This document shows positions 13,521 through 26,189 of a DNA stretch of 64,000 bases, piece after piece. Each line of letters opens with the position of its first letter. Position 1 is the first letter of the stretch. The translations under genes were made by a program, and so were the position numbers. The notes beneath the pieces were generated by a model that did no database searches, was not told the origin of the DNA, and was given only the letters and a program-made list of their open reading frames with translations. Source of the DNA: Heptranchias perlo (Eukaryota); NCBI RefSeq assembly GCF_035084215.1, contig NC_090338.1, positions 8,866,001-8,930,000 on the forward strand, read 5' to 3'.

Positions 13521-14084
13521 ATTCCTTTCTCCCTTGTGCCAACTATTCCCTGATTACTTGGTCAGCTTTTGAGACTTGTATTCTATGTTTATAGGCTAGC
13601 ATGTTGTAAATCTACCTAATTTCCGTTATAATTCATCGTTACCAATGTGTGGTTTGAAAAACAGACAATTTGTCCACAACAATAGTACTATATCTAAACC
13701 GCCAATGCAGACCAGCTCTCTGCACTAACTAGAGCCAACTATTCAGGACGCTCAACAATAGATACCACTTACAACACATGAACCCCGCTATAGACCATTG
13801 CTAAAGTACGCTGTTCAAGTTAGGACAAATATTTCTGATCTTCATTTTTGGCGATTAATTTGTAATTAAAGATGATCCCACTAATCTTGAAACAACATGA
13901 AGCAGGGCAACTACGGTTATATTCTTGGTGCAATCTTTAGGGAAGCAACTTTAAAGTGAAATATATGTTCAAAAGATACATCTGAGTTCGCCAACAGCCC
14001 AAATGATACATCTTATTTCAGCCAAATGCATCAATTGTTTTTTTTTTCTCTCTTGCTCTCGAGATGTAAGTGATGCTGACAGCG

Positions 14085-15230
14085 TCACCTTATTGCGCAT
14101 CCCGAAGAAGTGATGGTCTTCTCCTTGAACCACTGCAGCCCTTGTGCGGGTGTTGCGAAACAATGTTAGTTAAGAAAGTCAGGATTTTGATGCAGCGAGA
14201 ATGACGGAATGGTGATTAAATATTCAAATCAAGAATTATGTTTAACATGGAAGTAAATATCGATGCGATTGTTTAAACATAATATTTCTGCTCTTGTCCC
14301 TCTCAGTAGTAGAAGTCGTGAGATGGCAGGAGCTGCAAAAGTAATCTGCATGAGCAGCTGCACAGGACCCACACTGCAGTGATGTTACGCTGGTCCTGTT
14401 ACAGTGGTGCTGATCAAGTGGGCTGCTCTGTGCTGGACATTACTTTTTGAGCAATGTTGCAGCTGCACTTATCCAGGCAAGGGATGAGTATTTCCTTACT
14501 TGAATCTTTTCAATGGTACAGAAATGTGATGGTGCAAGCGGTGAACCACTTGTCACAAAGTATCCATCCGCTGCCACTGTGTTGATACGACTGGTCCAGT
14601 TAACTTTCTGTTTAGTCTCGATTCCCATGATGTTTCTGTGGGGGATTTGGTAACGTTAAAGACCAGGGGCAAGTGAGTAGGTCACTTTCTGTTGGAGATG
14701 GTCATTGACTGACGCTCAGGTAGTATGAATGTTACCTACCAATTGTAGGCCCAAGCCTTGGTGTTGTCCAAGGACCTGCTTTGTTATCAGAGGAGACATG
14801 AATGGATCGAACAATGGAATCATCAGCAAACAGAGTTGCCCTCGACCTTATGAAGAAGTGATGGTTATGGATGAAACAACTGAAAAAGGTGACCCTGAGG
14901 ACGTTGTCCTAAGGAACTCCTACAATAATGTCCTGGGGCTGCAATTATTGACTTCTGAGAGCCAGGGCCGCCATCCTATGCGTCAGAAATGACGGCTGCT
15001 ACTGTAGGGTTTTCCCATTGACCTCAGTTTCACTGGGTCTTCTTGGTGTCATATTCGGTAAAATGCTGTCTTGATTTCGATATAGCTACTCTGTCAGAAT
15101 TTGGAATTCAGCTCTTGCTTTTCTATCTGGATGAAGACTGTGATGAGGTCTGAAGCCAAGAGGTTTTGCTGCAAGCTGAATTGAGCGTCCACGAGCAGGT
15201 GATTGATGAATAGATTTTGCTTCAGGGCAA
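14085..15230 (-). mobile_element. Highly decayed copy of the Jockey-group LINE seen at 1781/3551
   Basis: Collinear similarity by eye, e.g. CTGGTCCAGTTAA, GGAGATGGTCATTG, GTGATGAGGTCTG. Confidence 0.7.
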
Positions 15231-15376
15231 TGTATTTACTTCATATTGAGTAACACATTCTTTCCCATTATAAATAATACTCCTGATTTCATTAAATGTC
15301 GAGAAAATGACAAAATATTTCAATGGATATTTGCTCCATATTATTAGAATAATCTTCCAGATTTCAAATAAAATTG

Positions 15377-15432
15377 ATTATATATTTATATATACATATA
15401 TATTTATATATATATATATACTAATATATATA
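15377..15432. repeat. Imperfect (AT)n microsatellite
   Basis: TATATATTTATATATACATATATATTT... run. Confidence 0.8.
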
Positions 15433-15661
15433 ATGCTATTGAAAGCACTTTGGTGTGTAGTATGTACAAAATATTTTGTGCAAACCACACTCATATTTTG
15501 AACGGTACAAGTTTGGAACGTATATATTAATTGTAATTATGGTAAATTGTAACATTTGGATTCAGTTACGAGAAATTCCTATGCTGGCTGCATTTTCGTA
15601 GGTACTAATAATCTGGACGATTGTGGCAGATACTTTGCTTAAAGTTTTGTTTTAACATGAT

Positions 15662-15770
15662 CTCAGTGTAGTTATAGGCTGAGACTCTTTGTGTCGCTGT
15701 CTACCAATAAGGAGATGAAATACCACTGGAGATCCACCACCCATCCCCCAACACTAGGGGAAGGAAACAG
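15662..15770 (+). promoter_or_regulatory. cPcdh promoter 1: CSE (CTCF-type, CGCT core 15695), CCAAT and GATCCACCACCCATCCCCC box
   Basis: TCAGTGTAGTTATAGGCTGAGACTCTTTGTGTCGCTGTCTACCAAT, repeated before all five intact exons. CGCT is 239 bp upstream of the ATG. Confidence 0.9.
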
Positions 15771-15933
15771 AGGGATTGCTGGTCTTAATATTCATGTACG
15801 GATCTTACTCGTTAGGAGGTCTCCAAGCTTCTCAAGTCTGCTGCCAAATTATATTCTTTAATTTGGGTATAATGCAAGAAATTAGAGGATAAAAGGATTT
15901 ATGAGAGACGAGGGGTTCACCCCTGCAAAAGAA

Positions 15934-18408
15934 ATGGCACATTCAGCAAGGCTGTTGTTGCTGAGGAAGCAAGCGATACCGTCCATTTTTCTGCTTTGTG
16001 CCTGGAATCTGGTTTGCGGGCACATTCGTTACTCCATTCCCGAAGAACTGGAACACGGTGCTTTCGTAGGAAACATTGTGAATGATTTGGGATTAACGGT
16101 GGAGGAACTATCAAGTCGCAAATTCAGGATTGTTTCTGACTCATCAAAGCATTATTTGGACGCAAACGTCAAGAGCGGAATTTTATTTGCAAATGAAAGA
16201 ATAGACAGGGAGCAATTGTGTGCCCAGAGCATTACATGCGTCTTAGCTTTGGAAGTCGTAATTGAAAATCCGGTGGAACAGTACCGAGTTGATGTTGATA
16301 TTCTGGATATAAATGATAACTCTCCGAGTTTCCCGCACAGCGAAACCCGTTTGGAAATTGCCGAATCGACGATACCTGGAACGCGCTTTTTGTTAGAGAA
16401 CGCGCACGATCCTGACGTCGGAACCAATTCTATCCGTGAGTACCAGCTCATTCCAAATGAAAAGTTCTCTTTAGATGTGCAGAGTCGCGGGGAATGGCAA
16501 TTAGTCCATTTGATACTGGAGCAGTCTCTCGACCGAGAAAAACAATCGACACACCAGTTACTACTAAGAGCTATTGACGGTGGGTCACCGGAGCAGTCAG
16601 GTACTACACAAATAACCATCACTGTATTAGACAGTAATGACAATGCACCCATTTTCCAGCAGTCTCTTTACACTGCCATTCTAATGGAAGATGCCCCGCG
16701 AAACGCGATGGTCATTAAGCTTAATGCAACTGATTTGGATTATGGGTCAAACAGTGACATATTTTATTCCTTCAGTAGCTACAACAAGGAGAGGGTTCGT
16801 GACCTTTTTATCATTAATCCTAAATCCGGAGAAATCAGCGTAAAAGGGATATTGGATTTCGAAGAAGCTGATGTTTACGAGATTAATGTTGAAGCTAAGG
16901 ACAGCGGTTCGCCTCCATTAATTGCACACTGTACCGTTCGGGTGAATATTACGGATGTGAATGATAACGCACCCGCATTGTCTCTGAATTCAGTTTCGAA
17001 CAAAATATTTGAGGATGTTGAGATTGGGACGTTGATAGCGTTGATCAGTGTAACTGATCGGGATACCCATAAAAATGGACAAACAGGTTGTCAGATTTCG
17101 CCAAACCTCCCGTTTGATCTCAAATCTTCATTCAGGAATTCATATAGACTAGTCACAAAAGACCGTCTAGATCGGGAAAATACTCCTGATTATGAAATAT
17201 CCGTTATATGCAAGGATCGTGGGACTCCATCGTTGTCCACCAACAAAACCATCGTTGTGCATGTTACAGACATAAATGACAATGAGCCAAGCTTTCTGCA
17301 ATCTTCATATACCATCTATGTAATGGAAAATAATCCACCTGGCAGTTCTATTGGATCAGTGACAGCTTTGGATCCTGACGTGGACCAGAACTCGCACCTT
17401 TCTTATACTATTCTGCAGAGCCAGATTCATGGAGTGCCAGTGACCTCGTACGTCTCTATGAATTCGGAAGATGGTGTCATCTTTTCGCAAAGTTCATTTG
17501 ACTACGAACAACTTAAAAGTTTTAAGATTCAAATTCAAGCTCAAGATGCGGGATTTCCATCACTGTCCAATGACGTTACTGTAAATGTGATTATTCTCGA
17601 TCAGAATGACAACTCTCCTGTAATAATATCAACGGGGTTAGAGGACCATGCCCAGGTGCCTCGATCTGCAGATGCAGGCTACTTAGTTACCAAGATAACT
17701 GCATCGGATGCTGATTCTGGTCAGAACGCGCGGCTTTTCTATCAGCTTATGCAAGCCACTGATCCCAAACTTTTTACAGTTTCACATAGTTCTGGAGCAG
17801 TCCGAACCACTCGCCGACTTAAAGACAACGACGTAACCGCACAAAGGCTGGTTATCCAAGTAAAAGATAATGGGCATCCACCCCTTTCTGCCACGGCCAC
17901 TGTCACGGTCACAATAGGTGAAAAGAGCGCAGAACTGAACCACGATTCTGTGGAACCCCACAGGGATTTACTATATTCTTCAAATTTAGCCTTTTATATA
18001 ATAATTGCATTGGGCGCAATATCGTTCATACTCCTACTTGTTATAATTGCCCTTGTTATCGCCATTTGCCCAACTGACAGAAATCCTACTTATGCCAGAA
18101 GTTGTTTTCTAACTAGTTGTTGCTGCAAGAGCTCATTGAATGCTACCGATCGTTTACAAAATGTCAATCTTCAGAATGTGCCGGATTCTAAGTTAATTGC
18201 AAATGTCCTTGAAGTTCGAGGCAACGGATCCATTTCGGATACATACCGTTATAAAGTACGATCAGCAACGGAACCAAATAAAATGGAATTCATGTATCTC
18301 ACATCGTCCAGTCCAGCAGCGCCAGGATCCATTAGGAAATTAACTAGAACAAATGTGTCAGAACAGGGTGCAAATCCAACGAATATCTGGACTGGTTTAT
18401 CCAGTGAG
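15934..18408 (+). CDS. Clustered protocadherin variable exon 1 (alpha-C2-like)
   Basis: Signal peptide, EC1-6 with PEE, DRE, DxNDN and AxD motifs and the EC1 Cx5C, TM helix, and EVRGNGS cytoplasmic motif. Phase-0 donor GAG|GTGAGT at 18408. An alternative in-frame ATG is at 15901. Confidence 0.95.
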
Positions 18409-18436
18409 GTGAGTCAAAACAGACACCTGCATTAAG

Positions 18437-18560
18437 CAGAAAATGCTTAAAGTGGACGTCAGGAGGGCTTACCGCTGAAAAATATTAAGTTAACTTTCAG
18501 CTGCTGATCCAGTGCACATTCAGCATTTTCTGTTTTTGCTTCATATTTCCAACATTCTAA
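18437..18560. repeat. PLE-derived inverted repeat downstream of donor 1
   Basis: Arms 18437-18457 and 18512-18532 are complementary at 18 of 21 positions. Confidence 0.7.
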
Positions 18561-19100
18561 AACTCGTTCTTTAACCAAAGGTTCAATACGTCGTGCTGAC
18601 CATACAGCGTTTCTTAGTTTACAAATCATTAGCATTTTCACTTCTTGAAATCGAGCAACGTACATTATGCATTGCTCAATCTCATAATCGCTGATTGAAC
18701 TAAGTTAGAATGACAATATGAATGAATATGATAACTCAGATGGTATATTGCAAAATAGCTACAATGTTTAAAAGTCTCATTTCACTAATACTTTAAAGTT
18801 TATGGACAAGTAATTATAGCGCCTTTGCTATAATTTTCAATTGAATACACTCAACCAAAAGCTTCAAATACCAATAAGAACAGCAGTCTTATAGAAATTA
18901 ATAGCGATCCCATGAGGAAGTTTAATGTAAAGAATCGTTGTGAATCTTAGTTTTGGTTTAGCAATCTCATCCTCAGATAAAAAATATAACAGAAGGCTTG
19001 CGTTTGGACTGTAATTTCTCATTTGCTAAAATGGCCGTTCTTTTTGTCTTCAGTGATCACGGTAAACATGCTTTGCTGATTGGGTAGAGCCCAATGTAAC

Positions 19101-19146
19101 GTCTAACTAATGACTTTTAAAGGGTCTAACTAATGACTTTTAAAGG
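19101..19146. repeat. Perfect 23-bp tandem duplication
   Basis: GTCTAACTAATGACTTTTAAAGG occurs twice in tandem. Confidence 0.95.
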
Positions 19147-22100
19147 GTTTTGAATTGACAGTACCAAGTGCTTGATCCATCTGTAATTGAAGTGCAGATC
19201 ACTTCTGATGCGCTCATGTTGTATTCGTTTCTCCTGCTGCGCACAGGAGAATTAGAAACGAGGATGTCAGATTCCTAGGAGGCAGCGCGCGCCCGAAGGC
19301 AGAGGCCCGAGGATGGCTATAAATTAGACGTCCGATCTTTTCTAAATATTCGGGCGATCTGACAGCGCATATCGCACTTCCACCACAGCTCGCAGGAGGG
19401 GAGGCTTCAATTTCATGCCTCCTGCTTCACCAGCTTATGGAAGGGGCCTAGCAATTATTTGCTTTGGCCACACTCACGCCTAAAAAAAATGGCCCAACCC
19501 AATTTCCAGTCAGATATTCTTCAGGCAAACTTGGGGCGCAGAACGATGCAACGTGAAATAAGTCTTCCTTGCTCCCATTTCAAACCCATAAAACAGGTGT
19601 AACAAGTACCAATTTCTACCTCTAGAATAGTAAGGCAAGATTCTCGGCAGGTGAAAGCTGGTAAAAAGGTATGGACATCGCCTAAGCCGAACTGCTTCCA
19701 ATGTGCTTGCAGGGACGATCAAAAAGGATGAGTCGGCAGAAGGACTGAAGGAATCAGGCCAAAAAATGAATGAAATTAACGCCAGCATTACCAGTAAGAT
19801 CAAATAATCATAAACTTTAAAAAGATAAAGATTATCTATTAGAATGCATAACCACAAATGCTAGAACCACTGGGAAGAAGATAACTTAATTGATTTTGGA
19901 AATTGGAAATTATGGTGTCATGGATTCTCAAAATGCAGATTACACCTGGTGATTAAAATAATTACATTATCCAAGAATTTTGAGTAGTCAGGAAAGAGGT
20001 TCTAGACAGGAAAGGATGTAACAAAGACACATGAGACACTTTGGTTTTAGGAAGAATAACCGTTCATAAAGATAATCATCTCAACAAGCTATTCTGGCTG
20101 CAAGTGGGTTGGGTAAAGGGAGAAAAACAATCTTTTATTTTCTGTACACCATAAGGTCAATAACAAAATAAAAGAAACTGGGTATTCTCTGAAGAAATCA
20201 GGAAGGTGTATGGAACTTGAAAAATATTAATAATGACGAAATGTAACCAACCTACTATGAAACAGTATGAACTAGTGCATACGGTCAACAATCTGAGATA
20301 GTATATGTGATATTTGTGATCCATTGTGTTAGGAATGCCAACGGAAGTAACTTGTAGCTCGACTTGGTAATAGAAAGCTGTCCAGTTATCACGTTGGGAT
20401 TGGTGGCCACACTGAGCAATGGCGACTATATTATAATTACATTTGAAAATACCCAACCTAATATTTGGACATACTATTTGTAATGGATCAACTTCAAAAG
20501 AATGAGAGGAGATCATAAATATTTGGACTGTTGGAGTGTTTTCTAGGAATCTTTAGTTGCGAATACAGTGAATGTATTTAAGAAGTATGTAAATAAATGC
20601 AAACCAAGAAACAATAAGCATAAATTAGCCAAGGCCTGAAATGGGATTTGCAAGTTAATATAAAGTGAGAGAACTATGAAAACCACACTCTACAAGTCCC
20701 ATGGGGAAAAATAAGGAAACATATTAGTAATAACGCTTATGGGGCGGAAGGTATTTCGCTGGGAACAATACATAAACCCCCAAAAGTATTTTTAAAAGGC
20801 GAGCAGGGGGGCATCAAGAGAACTATAAATGAGGATAGTAATAGACGCTAAACACAACAGTAAGAAATTGTTTCAGCATTATAGCATTACAGCTATTAAA
20901 GAAGATTGGATTCTTAAAGATGCAAGCCAGAACGAAAGTGAAGCCGAACTAAAAGTAACTAACATAATATGATATAACAGAGGTAGGCCATTCAACCCCT
21001 TGAGTCTGGTCCACCATTCAATTAGATCATGAGACCGGGACCATGTCTCTATGATAGCAGATCTTACGACAACATTTAATATATTTCATAACATTTCCAT
21101 ATTTAAAACAAATTAAAATCATTAAATCCTCTGCAACCGATTATATACGCCCGAACGTAATACGTGACTTGACAAAAGGTGGTTGTCACTTTTCTGGATT
21201 TTTGATCATTTTTTCCAAAGAGAGTAGTGGTCTAAAGGATAACTTTTAATGCTGGGATTTTTAAAACACTTTGAATTCTCACGAGTTGAAAAACGGAAGC
21301 ACCCAGATGAAAGGTGGTAAAAATGCTGAACAGAAGTTGCTTCTCTTACAGTGTACAAAATAGGCAAGTCGATAGCGTGTTTGGATAGTCAGAAAGACAC
21401 TTCTCAGCATTGTATTGGAAAGCCCTTTGACCTTTGTTGATATGCAAGAAGGGAGGCAGGCTTTTAGAACAGTGAAAGAGGTTTTAAAAATCAGAACACA
21501 CTGAGCAAAAAGCCAAGCAGACAGCAAAGTGCTATTAAAGGACAAAAAGACAAGAAGCTTCAGAGAGAAAGGCTGTGCCATGGGAGTGTAGGACAGACTT
21601 AGAGGGGGTCATACTGTTTAATATAAATCAATGCGTAGTATAACATCACGTGCTCAGTAACAGTATTATAGAATCAGAGATTTATTGTAGTCATATCTTT
21701 AGGGGAAGAAAAGGTCTGTCGATTGCGCTAAGTTAACGCTGTCATAAATATTACTCTGTACCATCACTGTGCGATAAAGTAGCTTACAGACTCGAACAAA
21801 GCTTGACCTCATTTAGCATTACATGGATCTGTCCCTAGAGAGATTGAAGAAATTCGATGCAAGAGATACACCTATCCGGACATGGTCACAAGGGGCTTTT
21901 GTTTTTACTCTCAGGGGTTATGTTATCGCACAAGATGGGCAATGTGAGACAACTGCCATAAAAGTAGATGCTGAGATCACTTAAGGGGACGAATGATGCC
22001 ATGAACCTGAACAGGTATCTATGGCAGGACCGAATTTGTAACAGTGATTATAATGATAGGGAGTCAATGAGTACAGATAAGATCCAACTAAATTGGAAAC

Positions 22101-22479
22101 AAGTGAACCAGGTACTTACTATCACAAAAGGTGACAATTCAACAAAATATATAACAACAAACCCATTGATCTAATATGGATTATTGGCAAAATAGTAGAA
22201 TTGATCATTAACACCATTACATAAGAAAATGGTGGTCGAGGATCAAGCCTGCTCCATCCAGAATCGAGATGTCAATATTCTATCATAGTTTTCTTTCCAT
22301 ACCACCTGTTGCTGAGCCAACTTTCAGGAATACTAATTTCATTTTTGTCTTCATTTAAATATAAAAGTACAATGTTTTCAAATATCTCTATGATCCTCCA
22401 TCCGTCTCCCCAACAAGTATCAATTCACACACTTGATCTAGTAAATGGCTTTAATTGGAATGGGTGAGGATCCTGACTG

Positions 22480-23580
22480 ACCTAATACGTAGAGTTTCCC
22501 AGTAGATGTTGGAATGCTTTGGGATATAGTGTACCTGGACTTCTAAAAATCATTTGGGAAAAACCCACATGAAAGCTAAGTAGTTGATTTACAAGGTGCA
22601 ACGTGGAATGAATAAAGGATGGTAAGTAGCAGTGTGAGTGAGGAAGTAATGTCAGATTGGGGAATCTGCCCCAGGGACTGGTGTTGGGCTTCCCATTGGT
22701 ATTAATCTAGGTGAACGACTTGGCTTCAGAAAAACTACGAAAACAGATTTGGCGGGTGATAGTAAATAGGGGGGAACAGTCGAATCTCATTAGGGAGCAA
22801 AAGAATCACAAAATGACCTAGAGACAATGTGTAAGTGGGCATGAATGTGGGTCATGAAGTTCAATACAGATAAACACAAAGTACTACATTCAGGAAGAAT
22901 GTTTGGGAGAAACACTTACTCAATAAATCATGTCCATATATCCAGGAGGGAAGCTGAAAGAGATCTGAGGGCGATGGCAGACTCAATACCCACCATGATC
23001 AATCAGTGCAGAGTGTAGTAATTAACAAAGTGAAGAGAGTTTTGTGTTATTTTGCAAAATCAGTATAGCAATATTCAGAGGCACATGATGAAGCTATATA
23101 CTTCTCTGCTTTAGATACATCTTGAGTAATGCGTTCAGATCTGATCCTGCGTTGCACATACTATGCACAGGAATAAATGCGGTGAACGTTTCTACCGCTG
23201 ATCCTTCGTTTTACAGGACTGACAAGTGAGGAAAAGTTAGTAAAACTTGGACTCTTAACCCCATAAAGGTGTGAATGAGAACGCACCTTGGGTGTATATA
23301 AAATATCAACCCAGGGCAGAAAATGACAACCCAGAGCATTATGTTGTATTAAAGATGACTTTAATACAAGATACATTTATACAAACTAATAAAAAGCAAG
23401 TTCAGGGCTAATTTCAGGAAGCACTAATGTAAAACGTGATTAGTAGCAGGAGTGGTCTTCTGGCAGGGTACTGTCCACAAAACTCTGTAATTATTCATGA
23501 TGGAACTAGAAGCTGTGACCCTATGTTGCTATGGAAGGATGTTCTGAAGGATGGGCCGAATGGTAACCCTCCCCTTTGCT
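22480..23580 (+). mobile_element. Old, heavily decayed CR1 LINE
   Basis: Remnants of YLDF, PQG, KFN.DK and HLE motifs, and a GATGGGCCGAATGG 3' tail. Confidence 0.6.
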
Positions 23581-24509
23581 TATCTTTGTGATCATCACCG
23601 CTGGGCTTTTGGTGACCTGTACTTAACTTTATCATCTTCATCTCTGGCTAGGTGCTCATGGAAAAGTGCCTGTTGTAGAATTTCTATAGCACGTTGCAGT
23701 CTGTAAATAATACTGTTTGACATTACAAATCAGCCACTAGAACATTTTTCAGGAAATCCTTACTCTATCCCCTTTGAACAATTTTGTTTTATTTTTGTGA
23801 TCCAGTGAAATGACTGATAAAATTCTAATGTGCACGGAGGTTTCATGCCCAGACTATCCTGACCAGCCATGTACAAGCTCTTGCCCTGCATCTTGTTTCA
23901 ACACTCCTTGCCCTTATGCAGGTAAATCTGTCTATTGCACCTTGTATTTTAATCAGAGTGAAGCATCCCAAGCCAAACGTATTTCTGTCGGTATCTTCTG
24001 AAAGTCCACAATTAGAGCTGCTGAACGTAAATTAATTGAAACAAAGTATGAACTGGCGTCCTCAGACTCTCTAATAGTGGTTCCTTCTTGTGCCTCTCCA
24101 AAGCGGGCTCTCCAGACGCCTGTTAATATCACTTCCATTCTTTTCCTTCTGTTTTATTAACAGCATTATTCGTTTCCTACCCCTCTCTTGAATTTGTTGA
24201 TTCCTTATTGGGATATCGTTGTGCGAATTTCAGTCGCCATCCTTTGCCTCGCACAAAATGTTATTTTTACCTGAGAGAAACGATGCCTGCTACCCTTCCA
24301 ATTATTTCGCTTCTGTTTGCATCATTATAATTTTGAAAACTATGTTAAGTCTTAAATTGCCCAACACATTGAAAGCTTTGACCAAGTTCATGATCGCCAG
24401 TATAGCTGTTGGAACGGGGCTTCTTCTGCTCACTTTTGCATGACATCTCTGTAAATTATCACTTCAAACTTTGATGTTCATTTGCAATATGCTTGGACAT
24501 TTCTGATGA

Positions 24510-24612
24510 AGTTCTAATGAAAGGTCGTCGATCTGAAACGTTAACTCTTTTTCTTTTTCCAGAGATGCTGCCTGACCTGCTCAGTATTTCTAGCATTTTC
24601 TGATTTTATTCC
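24510..24612 (+). mobile_element. PLE terminal-repeat remnant with mutated hammerhead core
   Basis: AGTT-CTAATGA-AAGGTCGTCGATCT-GAAACGTTAACT, same family as 13423. CUGA is changed to CUAA. Confidence 0.7.
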
Positions 24613-25918
24613 AAAGCATAGTGGCCTGGTAAACAAGTTAGGAGCTCCTACTAAAGGTTAGGCTCCTCTCAAATTGCGTGCCTGTTTGTGCCACAAAGAC
24701 TCCGAATTGAACTGGGCCCTGTTCTTTCAACAAATCACATCTTTATTCACACCTATTACTGTTTCAACTTATTATAACACCCTATCTACCGATGATTACA
24801 GTCCACATTAGACATTTTACTTCAGACCACGCGCTTTAGTGCTCTTTATTCAACATTGGAACATTTAGGCTAAAATGATGTTCCAGCTGTCTCATAACAG
24901 TATCTGTATAACAGCAGGAGCAGTTGGGACAACCATTTTTGCTTGTTGCTGCACCTCCCATGATCAAAAACAAAGCACCGTTGCACATGAATGCTTGAAT
25001 GCTTGGACAGAGCTTCACTGCCCTACTTTGTAATAAATTGCGATATAAATGTCGGCATAACATCGCTAAAAAGTTAAATGTCAGTTGACGACGTTATCAG
25101 AATGTCCAGTGGTCATTGTTAAATTATTGATTCACACATTTGGTACAAAGCACCAGAGTTGAGATTATACCTTCTACGTGTAACTTACAGCTCTCTACTG
25201 TTTAGTCCACTCAATAGTCAGGCCTGGCGCGAACCTTATATTGTGCAACCACATTATTTGATATGTACCTGAAGCCATTAGAACACCTATTTACGATTTA
25301 ATCTACTCTATGGATTCCTAGGAAGGAAATGATAATCTTGTTTATTTCAGTTTGTCAAACACAGAATTTCTGTGTGTCTCCCATGTGTAACCTATTGCTA
25401 CCATCTCGTTCTTTTGAAGGCTCCTCCCTTAGTGCGCCATTTTGCGACGTTATTGGCCCTATACTTTCTTTGATCTAAGATAGAACTCGAACAGTTCTTC
25501 AATTAATGCTGAATATGAAACCAATGCATCATTTGATGTTGCGTTAGGCCCATATCCTGTACTTGAAAAGATTTTCTCACATTGATCAAAAGTGAATCAA
25601 AATTCAAAGTTAAATTCGTTTGACCTTTTGAATTACTAAGTACGTATTCAACAACACTGATTTAGACTAGAAACACCCGCTTGTATTTACGATGTCATAG
25701 TTGCGTAGAAATTATTAAACCATAGTGTCTACAGATCATTCTGTGCGGGCCATATATGATTTCTATTGTACAGACAAAAGCTGTTACAGATATAAATATG
25801 GAATAGGAGAAAGATTTGTTGTCACTTCGGAAAATACAAAGATGACGGGAATTCAGTTACATCAAAATTCATGTATTCGTTCTGACTGACATTTTCAGTA
25901 GTCTGGCTTTACTGTGAT

Positions 25919-26025
25919 CTCAGTGTAGTTATAGGCTGAGACTCTTTGCGTCGCTGTCTACCAATAAGGTGATGAAATCTAGCCAGAGATCCACCACCCA
26001 TCCCCCCACATCAGGGGGAGGAAAC
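25919..26025 (+). promoter_or_regulatory. cPcdh promoter 2 (CSE, CGCT at 25952)
   Basis: Near-identical to promoter 1. CGCT is 238 bp upstream of the ATG. Confidence 0.9.
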
Positions 26026-26189
26026 CGACGCATTGCTGGCGCTTACGTGAACCAAACGAAACATCTCGTCGGCCGCTCTCCCAGCTTTCCAAACCATGTC
26101 CTGAATTATATCGTTTACTTGAGATGTAATTCAGGACATTAATCAACAGGAAGATTTACGAGCTTCGAAAATTTCACCCTGCAAAAGAA

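Noticed and set aside
16152-16652. Recurrent antisense ORFs over EC1-EC2 (also 26291-26830, 48519-48917)
   Set aside because: Shadow frames of conserved cadherin codons with variable ends and no independent protein signature. Says nothing about possible antisense lncRNA.
18409-18435. ORF-track C-termini past the donors (also 28683-28724, 38460-38627, 50911-50928, 60304-60354)
   Set aside because: Intron read-through. Every exon has a conserved phase-0 GTGAGT donor and the tails are unrelated to each other. Unspliced isoforms cannot be excluded.
19260-19700. Locally GC/CpG-richer patch as a regulatory island or constant exon (similar patches at about 9960-10220 and 47380-47650)
   Set aside because: No constant-region peptide (e.g. 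PNxDW) or clear splice structure recognised. Probably old transposon remnants that I cannot classify.
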